A stretch of 64,000 nucleotides of DNA from contig JBPRGF010000023.1 of assembly GCA_051418015.1 (NCBI GenBank), positions 32,001 to 96,000 of the forward strand. Reading direction: 5' to 3'. Of the stretch, positions 56,951-64,000 are shown piece by piece. The stretch comes from Candidatus Nitrospinota bacterium M3_3B_026. Lineage in GTDB: Bacteria; Nitrospinota_A; UBA7883; JBPRGF01. Within the stretch, counting starts at the first letter, position 1. Each line of letters starts with the position of its first letter. The notes under the pieces are model-generated. The model searched no databases. It worked only from the letters and a program-made list of their open reading frames with translations, and had not been told where the DNA came from. A program made the position numbers and the translations under genes.

Positions 56951-57892
56951 CTACCGGCTTGCCCTCGCTTCGCGCTCCCCATTCTCCGGGATGGGATGGA
57001 ACGCTTTCGATATGTAGGAGATTATCGCGTCTATCTCGCCTTCCGAAAGGACGGGGCCCCACGCCGGCATCGACGTCCCCGGCAGACCGTTTTCTATCAC
57101 CGAACGCAGCCTCCCCCTCGTCATCCCGTCCATCTTCGGGCCGGTAAGGTCGCGCGGACTGGGCTGAAGGAACGCGCCGAACCAGTTCCGCCCCGTCCCG
57201 TCTCTCGCGTGGCAGAAGGCGCAGTTTTCCTGGTACAGCCTCTCGCCGAGCCGCTCCTCGCCCGACAGCCCTTCCATCATCTTCCACACGGGCCCCTCGT
57301 CGGTGACGTGGGCCCTGTCGTGGCAGGTCACGCAGGTCTTCATGAAAAGGCGCCTGCCCGCCTTCTGACCGGCGGTAAGCTCTTCCTCCGCCGTGTCGAG
57401 GGGTATCTCCCCCCTGGCGAAGGGGAACGCCGCCGAGTAGCGGTCGTGATCCGCCCAGCCGTTCTCCGCCGTGTGATACCAGGTGTTTTTAGCCTTCTCC
57501 AGGATGAACTCCCGCCGGACGAAAGAGACCACCGCCTCGATCTCGTCCCCGCTCAGCCTGTTTTTAAACGGGGCCATGGCCGTCCCGGGAACGCCCTCCG
57601 TCACCGCCTTCGTCATCCTGTCAGGGTCCAGCTCACCGGGAGTCGTGTTTGCGAAATCCCTGGGAGGGGGGGAAAGATACGTGCTGGCGAGGGTCTTTGC
57701 GTCGCCGGAGTAGCCGTGGCAGAAGTAGCAGTAGAAGTTATAGATATCCCTGCCCCGCTCAAGCTTTTCCTCAAGGCCCTTCGAGACCTTTTCCGCCCGG
57801 GAAGGCGGCACGCTCTCCCAGCCAAGGCCGCTGCCCCCGGCGGCCATGACAAACGCCGCCAGCCCGGCCATCATCATCCTCGCCGCCGTCAT
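56951..57892 (-). CDS. exported c-type cytochrome, 3 CxxCH
   Basis: Start at ATG 57892 overlapping the upstream stop; CYFCH, CVTCH, CAFCH; GTAM and GTSM distal-Met motifs. Confidence 0.88.
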   Translation of the reverse strand: MTAARMMMAGLAAFVMAAGGSGLGWESVPPSRAEKVSKGLEEKLERGRDIYNFYCYFCHGYSGDAKTLASTYLSPPPRDFANTTPGELDPDRMTKAVTEGVPGTAMAPFKNRLSGDEIEAVVSFVRREFILEKAKNTWYHTAENGWADHDRYSAAFPFARGEIPLDTAEEELTAGQKAGRRLFMKTCVTCHDRAHVTDEGPVWKMMEGLSGEERLGERLYQENCAFCHARDGTGRNWFGAFLQPSPRDLTGPKMDGMTRGRLRSVIENGLPGTSMPAWGPVLSEGEIDAIISYISKAFHPIPENGEREARASR

Positions 57893-58890
57893 TGTTTCTT
57901 GATAAACGTCTGGAAAACGTATTCCGCCACGTCGGCTATCTGCTGCTCCGTCAGCACCTTGTCCCACGCCGGCATCTCCGCGCCGGTCACCCCCCTGGCT
58001 ATGGCCTCGAAAAGGGCGGGACGGTTGTACTTGCGGCGCGAGGCGGGGTGGCCGAAGTCCCGCGGCTTGGGATAGATGAACTTCGACCGCGGCCCGTTCC
58101 CGTCCCCGAACCAGCCGTGGCACTTGTAGCAGCTGTTTTTGTAGAACTTCGCGCCGGCCCGGGCGTCCCCCACCAGCCCGCCGGGGAACGGCAGGGACAT
58201 GTCCGCTCCATTCACGGCTTTCCCGGCGGCCTCGTGGGCCTGCCCGGCCTCCCCTTCCCCCAACCCCATGAAGGTCTCGCGTACGTAATCTACGACGGTC
58301 TCTATCTCCTCCTCGGTAAGCCTGCCTTCAAAGCCCACCATGGGGCTGTTCGGCACCCCGTAGGTGGCGGAAAATATCATTCTATCTCTCGTCAGCTCTT
58401 TTTTAGCCCCCCCGGATCTGAAATTCCTCGGCTTTTTCATCAGCCCCCCCGCCGCCCTGCTCCTGCCATCTCCGTTTTCGCCGTGGCAGACGGCGCAGTT
58501 CGTGGCATAAAGCTCGGCCCCTCTGCTCCTGGCCGGGGTGGCCATGAAGCTCTCGCGGACATAGCCGGTCACCGCCGCTATCTGCTCTTCGGTAAGCCTG
58601 CCTGAAAAACCGGCCATGGCGGTCTTCTCCACGCCCTCCCTGACGCTTTTTATCATTCGTTCATCGGTCAGCCCCGCCGTGGCGGCCGGGTCGGTGAAAT
58701 CGGTGGGCCGTGGGCTCATGCCGGTCACGGCGCGGGTTTTGCCATCACCCTTCTCGCCGTGGCAGACGGCGCAGTGTTTTTTGTATATAGCCGCCGCGTC
58801 CTCCCCGGCGCTCCCGGCGCCATGCGCGGCGATGAAAAGCAAGGCAAACGCCAGCGCAAGCGGCAGGCGGATATGTGATCTTGTGATCAT
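57889..58890 (-). CDS. exported c-type cytochrome with three tandem class I domains
   Basis: Signal peptide; CAVCH, CAVCH, CYKCH, each followed by a P(T/R)(D/N)F motif and a distal Met. Confidence 0.9.
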   Translation of the reverse strand: MITRSHIRLPLALAFALLFIAAHGAGSAGEDAAAIYKKHCAVCHGEKGDGKTRAVTGMSPRPTDFTDPAATAGLTDERMIKSVREGVEKTAMAGFSGRLTEEQIAAVTGYVRESFMATPARSRGAELYATNCAVCHGENGDGRSRAAGGLMKKPRNFRSGGAKKELTRDRMIFSATYGVPNSPMVGFEGRLTEEEIETVVDYVRETFMGLGEGEAGQAHEAAGKAVNGADMSLPFPGGLVGDARAGAKFYKNSCYKCHGWFGDGNGPRSKFIYPKPRDFGHPASRRKYNRPALFEAIARGVTGAEMPAWDKVLTEQQIADVAEYVFQTFIKKQ

Positions 58891-59147
58891 CTCTCTCCAA
58901 TCCCCATTCGAAAACGCGGCCCCCTACCTGATGGAAAGCGCCCCAGAAAACGGACACAGCGGACGAAAGCTTATCAAACCCGCGCCTTAAAACGGCAAAC
59001 ACGCGAATATCGTCTTTCAACCGCCAAAAACATTCAACGCGAAAAATTATAACATCCTCGCCGCGGCCCCAAGAATAATCCACGGGTCCCTGATACGTGG
59101 TTTGAAAAACGGGCCAGGACATCGTAAAACATGGTTGTCAAAAACAT

Positions 59148-59374
59148 CCTCCCCTTTGACGAGGGATTTTTGAGGTTGGGGTCCGAAGCCCGCCCGCGAC
59201 ATCCAACAACGTCCCCTCCCCGGCGGGAGGGAACGTTGGCCCGCCAGTGTCATGCGCCAGCGAAGCATCCCGTACGCCCTCGCCAACCCCGGCGGGATTC
59301 TTCGGCTTCGCCTCAGAATGACATCGTGTACCCCCCCGGCGGGAAGGGACGAAGGGGAGTGGGTATAAATAAAG
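59148..59374. repeat. mosaic of family A (degenerate/inverted) and family C repeats
   Basis: CCTCCCCTTTGA.., CCCCTCCCCGGCGGGAGGG, family C at 59248-59323, and inverted family A CCCCCGGCGGGAAGGGACGAAGGGGAGTGGGT. Confidence 0.7.
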
Positions 59375-59509
59375 ACAACATTCCGGGAATCAGGAAAACA
59401 ACCCACACCCCAGGGATCGGGCCCTTGCCACGGGAGCCGGACGGACGCATATATATGTTATGCTTTTTTTTCGTCGCAAGTCGTTCATGGTTATTTTGAA
59501 GAGGGGAAC

Positions 59510-60019
59510 ATGGAAAAATTCACGTTCAAACCGGTAGCCATAGGGATTTTCCTGGCCCTGGCGGGTCTTTTGCTGGGGGAGCTCCACGGCCTGTCCTTCG
59601 GCGCGAAGGAGGAGGCCATAAAGGCCGGTTTCAAGGCCACGGCGGAGGCCAACGCAGGCGCCCTGGGCTCGGACGAGGCCGTGGCGAAGGCGGCCGACAA
59701 GGCCTGGGGATACCTGAAAAGGGCGCACGCGCATTACATGGGCCTTGGAGCGCTGGCGGTCTCTTTGTGCCTTCTGGTCGGTCTTTCCCCATCGCCCGGC
59801 CTGCACAAGACCGCCGTGTCGTCGGCGGTTGGTTTCGGCGCGCTGGTCTATCCCCTTTTCTGGACGCTCGCCTCCTTCAAGACAGCGGGCGTGGGGAGCC
59901 ACGCCGCCAAGGAGGCGCTCGAGCCCGTGGCCCTGGCGGGGGCGGGGATCGGCTTTCTGGGGCTTCTGGGCGTGATCGCCGTGGCCGTGGTCTGGGCCCT
60001 GCGCAAGGAGGAGGTCTAG
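59510..60019 (+). CDS. hypothetical four-helix membrane protein
   Basis: GAGGGG ribosome-binding site, about four hydrophobic helices, RAHAH motif. Confidence 0.75.
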   Translation: MEKFTFKPVAIGIFLALAGLLLGELHGLSFGAKEEAIKAGFKATAEANAGALGSDEAVAKAADKAWGYLKRAHAHYMGLGALAVSLCLLVGLSPSPGLHKTAVSSAVGFGALVYPLFWTLASFKTAGVGSHAAKEALEPVALAGAGIGFLGLLGVIAVAVVWALRKEEV

Positions 60020-60867
60020 AAAGACGCGGATCCGCGGTACCTTTCCGCCAGCAGGCGGGTCAGCGGCCCCGGCCCGTCCGCGGCGAAAAGACCGGACACG
60101 GCTCTCACCGGCGCTATCTCCAAAAGCGAATTGGTGATGAAAACCTCCTCCGCGCTTTCGAGCTTTTCGGGGCGGAAGCGGCCCTCGACCGTCTCGATCC
60201 CCTCCTCCCGCGCGATCTCCATGACCCTGCCGCGGGTGACGCCGGGCAGGATGGCACATTCGATCGACGGGGTGTAAAGACGCCCCCCGGCCGCCCAGAA
60301 AATGTTCGAAGCCGCGGGGGAGGATATGAACCCGTCAACGGTGAGAGCCAGGGCCTCGCTGGCGCCGGCCCGCGCGGCCTCGTCGAGGATGAGGACTCTT
60401 TCCAGGGCGCTGGCGCCCTTTATCCCGCTCAGGGGGGACAGGGGGTTTTTGCGGATGGAGACCGGCGCGAGGACAAGCCCCGCTTCCCACTCTTCCACGG
60501 CCAGCGGCTCATAGGGCCTCACGGAGAGCGTCCATGACGGTCTCGAGCCTTCGTCTATTCCATAGCCGCGCCTTGATGAGACCCCCCGTGTCACCGTGAG
60601 CCGCGCCGCGCCCCTTTCGACGCCGTTCTTACGGGCGAGTTCATCCATCGCCGCGCCCACTTCCTCATCGCCGAAGGGAACGGCCAGCCTGATGGCGCCC
60701 GCGCCCGCCCGGAGCCTGGCCAGATGGCGGTCCAGCAGGTACGGCGCGCCGCCGTAGAGGGGGATCGTCTCGAAAAGACCGTCGCCCAGGGTGAACCCCC
60801 GGTCGTCGATGGATATCCGGCCATCCCCCGAGGCTGCGCCGTTCACGATGACCCAATCTCTCATCAT
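60016..60867 (-). CDS. pabC: class IV aminotransferase / aminodeoxychorismate lyase
   Basis: DRGFTLGDGLFET, HLARL, RLTVTRG, SNIFW, LPGVTR, TNSL; ATG 60867 overlaps the pabB stop. Confidence 0.82.
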   Translation of the reverse strand: MMRDWVIVNGAASGDGRISIDDRGFTLGDGLFETIPLYGGAPYLLDRHLARLRAGAGAIRLAVPFGDEEVGAAMDELARKNGVERGAARLTVTRGVSSRRGYGIDEGSRPSWTLSVRPYEPLAVEEWEAGLVLAPVSIRKNPLSPLSGIKGASALERVLILDEAARAGASEALALTVDGFISSPAASNIFWAAGGRLYTPSIECAILPGVTRGRVMEIAREEGIETVEGRFRPEKLESAEEVFITNSLLEIAPVRAVSGLFAADGPGPLTRLLAERYRGSASF

Positions 60868-62288
60868 CCCAGCGCCCGCGCCATGGCCGCGGCCTTGTCC
60901 AGCGTCTCCTGGTATTCCGCGGCGGGGTCGGAAGGATACGTGACGCCGCCGCCCGCGTGGAAGGTGTACAACCCGCCCCGCTCGGCCATGACGCGGATGG
61001 CCACGCTCATGTCCATGCCGCCGCCGAAGCCGATCCACCCTATGGCGCCGCAGTAGACGCCGCGGGGGACGGGCTCGATCTCGTCTATTATCTCCATCGC
61101 CCTTATCTTGGGAGCGCCGGTGACGGACCCGCCGGGGAAGGCCGCCCGGAGCAGGTCCACGGCGCCGAGGCCGGGCTTGAGCCTGCCCTCCACGGTGGAG
61201 GTCAGGTGCAACACGGTGGGGAATTTTTCGACCTCGCAGAGGCCGGGCGCGGCGACCGTCCCCGGCAGGCAGACCCTCGAAAGGTCGTTTCGCAGAAGAT
61301 CCACGATCATTATGTTCTCCGCCCTCTCCTTTTCGCTTTCCGCAAGCTCCCTGGAAAGCCGGGTGTCCTCCTCCGGCGTCCGGCCGCGCCGCCTGGTCCC
61401 CTTTATGGGGCGCGTTGTCACCCTGCCGCCGTCAAGGGTCAAAAAGCATTCCGGCGAGGATGACAGGATGCGCGCCTCTCCGGTGTCTATGTAAGCGGCG
61501 TAAGGGGCGGGGCTTATGGAGCGCAGCCTCATGTACACATCCTTAGGGTCGTCCGGCGAGACGGCCTGGAACCTCTGGGATATGTTCACCTGGTAGCAGT
61601 CGCCCTGTTCTATGTATTCGCGAACGCGCCGGACGGCCGCCATGTACCCCTGCTTTGAGAAATCGCTTACGGGAGCCCTTGCGTCGCCCGCGGGAGAAAC
61701 GACCGGCTTTTCCGGCGCCATGCCGCGGACGGCGGACATAATCTTTTCCAGCGCGGAGAAGGCAGGCCCCGGATCCTCCCCCTCCTCCACGCAGGCGACG
61801 AGGGACGCCTCGCCCCTGTCATGGTCGAAGGCGATGAGCCTGTCGTAGAGCCCGAGCCAGATATCCCCCTCCTGGGCGGCCCTTCGCCTGACGGCGGCGG
61901 AGGGCTCGACGAACCGAGACAGCTCGTATCCCAGGAAGCCTATCGCGCCTCCCTTGAAGGGAGGGGAGTCCCCGTTCACGGCGTCGTGGAGCCGGAAGGC
62001 CGAAAACGCCTCATCCATGAGCTGGAAGGGGTCGCCCGACACCATGGGCGCCATCTCTCCGGAGAGCTTGAACGCGCCGCCCGCGGGGCGGATCACGGCG
62101 AAGGGCGCGAAGGCGATGTACGACCATCGGCCCGTCCGCCCGAGGCGCATCCCGGAGTCCAGCCAGGCCAGGCCCTCCGCGCTTTTCAGCGAGGCGAAGA
62201 CCGCCGCGGGATCGGCCCACGGCCTTTTTTTCGTGTGCGCCACCTTTGTTCGCGCGGCTCTTCCCGGGTTTTTCGATACGGCTTTCAT
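60864..62288 (-). CDS. pabB: aminodeoxychorismate synthase component I
   Basis: GDCYQVN, SSSPE, PIKGT, ENIMIVDLLRNDL, FPGGSVTGAPKIRAM, RGVYCG. Confidence 0.9.
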   Translation of the reverse strand: MKAVSKNPGRAARTKVAHTKKRPWADPAAVFASLKSAEGLAWLDSGMRLGRTGRWSYIAFAPFAVIRPAGGAFKLSGEMAPMVSGDPFQLMDEAFSAFRLHDAVNGDSPPFKGGAIGFLGYELSRFVEPSAAVRRRAAQEGDIWLGLYDRLIAFDHDRGEASLVACVEEGEDPGPAFSALEKIMSAVRGMAPEKPVVSPAGDARAPVSDFSKQGYMAAVRRVREYIEQGDCYQVNISQRFQAVSPDDPKDVYMRLRSISPAPYAAYIDTGEARILSSSPECFLTLDGGRVTTRPIKGTRRRGRTPEEDTRLSRELAESEKERAENIMIVDLLRNDLSRVCLPGTVAAPGLCEVEKFPTVLHLTSTVEGRLKPGLGAVDLLRAAFPGGSVTGAPKIRAMEIIDEIEPVPRGVYCGAIGWIGFGGGMDMSVAIRVMAERGGLYTFHAGGGVTYPSDPAAEYQETLDKAAAMARALG

Positions 62289-62524
62289 CGAGATATTATA
62301 AGCGCCGGACGGTTTTCAGGGGCAGGCGAAAAGACCCAACAAAAATCTCTTTACACTTTTGGAAACATGGTATCATTTCATCGGGTTTGAGAAAACAGGC
62401 AGTGCCCCGGCATGTTCCGGCGCGTGGGTTTTTCCCTTCCCGAAAAGGAGCGCCGGACACCGAGCCTCCCGTTTTTCAAGGCCCTGTTACGGTTTTTTGA
62501 GGAACATTCGAGGAATCAGGAAAA

Positions 62525-62791
62525 ATGGAGAAGACCATCTACGTCGGGAACCTGCCTTACACCGCTTCCGAGGACGACATCCGCGAGCTTTTCGAGCAGC
62601 ACGGAGAGGTTTTATCGGTGAAGCTGATCAACGACCTCAACACCGGCAGACCCAGGGGGTTCGGGTTTGTCCGCATGGACGAGGCCAGCGCCGCGGAGGC
62701 CATAGAAAAACTGGACGGGGAGGACTTCGGCGGAAGGCCGCTGAGAGTGAACGAGGCCAAGGAGCGCCCGCCCCGCCGCCCGAGGCACTAG
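62525..62791 (+). CDS. RRM-type RNA-binding protein
   Basis: RNP2 IYVGNL, RNP1 RGFGFV, LRVNEA. Confidence 0.95.
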   Translation: MEKTIYVGNLPYTASEDDIRELFEQHGEVLSVKLINDLNTGRPRGFGFVRMDEASAAEAIEKLDGEDFGGRPLRVNEAKERPPRRPRH

Positions 62792-62811
62792 CGCCCGAGA
62801 CCGAGGCTTTA

Positions 62812-62850
62812 AAAGACCCGCCGCTTTTTTCGAGCCGGCGGGTTTTTTTT
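62812..62850 (+). terminator. Rho-independent terminator (possibly bidirectional)
   Basis: AAAGACCCGCCG...CGGCGGGTTTTTTTT between convergent genes. Confidence 0.8.
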
Positions 62851-62883
62851 GCGCCCCGCCGCGGCTGGCGGCGGCCTGGCGGA

Positions 62884-63051
62884 TCAACGCGAAGGAGCGG
62901 AGCCTGCCTGGCGCGCCTTGCTTTTCGGCGTGACGGCGGCTCCATCGGGCAGCCTGTCCTTGAACAGCGCCAAGGGCAGGAAAACCATGGCAAGGATGAT
63001 GGCCGCGGCTATGGCCGCGGGGATTATCGCCTTCCTGAAAAAACCGGGCAT
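62884..63051 (-). CDS. 55-aa single-pass membrane protein (absent from the ORF track)
   Basis: MPGFFRKAIIPAAIAAAIILAMVFLPLALFKDRLPDG..SR*, preceded by a GGGAGGGG ribosome-binding site. Confidence 0.6.
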   Translation of the reverse strand: MPGFFRKAIIPAAIAAAIILAMVFLPLALFKDRLPDGAAVTPKSKARQAGSAPSR

Positions 63052-63096
63052 GACAAGCCCCCTCCCGGCAGCGTCACACGCAGACCACGGCGTGGC

Positions 63097-63705
63097 CTAG
63101 TTGACATGCGCGCTCGCGGGGACGACGGCGCCGGCGGAGCTTTTCTCCCTCTGGCGCTCCAGCTCGTCGAAGTCGAGGTTCATGAACGACTTCTCCATCT
63201 GCGTCTCGTCGCTGTAATAGGTGGCCAGCCTGCCCTCTCTCATGGTGACGTAGACCTTCAGGGCCGCCTTGCGCGTCACCTCCGCCCTACCCTCGTCGTA
63301 GGTGAAGTCTATGACGCGGGTGACCCATGCCGTGAAGACGTACATGGCGGAGTCCTCACCCATGTTGTCTACGCGGTATTCGATATCGTCGACCTGCTGG
63401 CTTATGGTCTTGGCCGTCCCCAGGTAGGGCATCCTGTCGATCTCCACGGCAAGCTGCCTTTCGTCCATCCTCTCGGCCATCATGCCGCGGACGTCCTGCA
63501 GGCTCTCGTACTGCGGCTTTTCGAACTTCGACGCCACCGCCCAGAACTTCTCCGCGTCGTTCTCGTAAAAGGAATTTATCCAGCCCTTCAGAAGCGACAC
63601 CTCCGGCGGCTCCTTGGGCGCGTTTTCGATCACGCTCAGGCGAAACGCGTTGACAGCCAGGCCGAATGTGACGAAGACGAGCGCGATCACAGTGAACCTG
63701 CGCAT
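63097..63705 (-). CDS. hypothetical exported or membrane-anchored protein
   Basis: AAGGAGGGG ribosome-binding site, N-terminal hydrophobic helix, genic codon usage. Confidence 0.75.
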   Translation of the reverse strand: MRRFTVIALVFVTFGLAVNAFRLSVIENAPKEPPEVSLLKGWINSFYENDAEKFWAVASKFEKPQYESLQDVRGMMAERMDERQLAVEIDRMPYLGTAKTISQQVDDIEYRVDNMGEDSAMYVFTAWVTRVIDFTYDEGRAEVTRKAALKVYVTMREGRLATYYSDETQMEKSFMNLDFDELERQREKSSAGAVVPASAHVN

Positions 63706-63836
63706 ACTTTCATCCCCCTCCTTCGATTTTCAGCAATATTATCAGTTTATATCAAAACCCGGAACGATGAAAGCTCCCCCGAAGCGGCCCCGCGGCGATC
63801 TTTACGCCGGGATGACGGGCGTGTTTTCTCGATGTA

Positions 63837-63923
63837 TGGTGCCGAAGGGGGGATTCGAACCCCCACAGGCGTTCGCCCACATGATCCTGAATCATGCGCG
63901 TCTACCAGTTCCGCCACTTCGGC
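63837..63923 (-). tRNA. tRNA-Leu(CAG)
   Basis: Reverse complement GCCGAAGTGGCGGAACTGGTAGACGCG-CATGA-TTCAGGA-TCATG-long variable arm-GGGGGTTCGAATCCCCCCTTCGGCACCA. Confidence 0.97.
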
Positions 63924-64000
63924 TGAAGGATCAATTATAACTTCATCGCGGCGAAAATCAACGCGAAGCGGTGTGTAAAACTTGCCGCCGGGTGATTGTT

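Noticed and set aside
62359..63978. 539-aa plus-strand ORF
   Set aside because: It crosses the RRM gene out of frame, a terminator, two minus-strand genes and tRNA-Leu.

Overview
This is a high-GC bacterial chromosomal segment, mostly core genome, with no integrase, transposase, prophage or CRISPR array. Gene content and order (aminotransferase-serA-hisZ-purA, TatD-radical SAM fusion, class I adenylate cyclase, many c-type cytochromes) suggest a Nitrospinota/Nitrospirota/Desulfobacterota-like organism; this is an inference only. From left to right it holds: a trehalose cluster (treZ, treT, DUF5752), trxB, cyaA, thrS, yajQ, a GAF kinase with an NtrC-type regulator, serA/hisZ/purA, a SPOR protein, a ROK kinase and glycosyltransferases, tRNA-Thr(CGT), prfB with its programmed frameshift, a seven-CxxCH cytochrome, rho-rpmE-prfA-prmC-murA, an Rrf2-controlled sulfur assimilation operon (cysH, TauE, sulfite reductase-TusA fusion), an ECF sigma/ZAS anti-sigma operon, a PhnD-like protein with a hybrid kinase, two triheme cytochromes, pabB/pabC, an RRM protein and tRNA-Leu(CAG). 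The strongest signal not explained by ORFs lies at 31357-31744. It is a complete sigma-54 promoter (two palindromic enhancer-like sites, a consensus IHF site and a -24/-12 box) upstream of a ~155-nt, three-hairpin, intrinsically terminated non-coding transcript, i.e. a candidate new sRNA. Several families of palindromic intergenic repeats also occur, and one copy appears to have inserted into a terminator with a 13-bp duplication. All family assignments come from reading motifs by eye, not from database searches.
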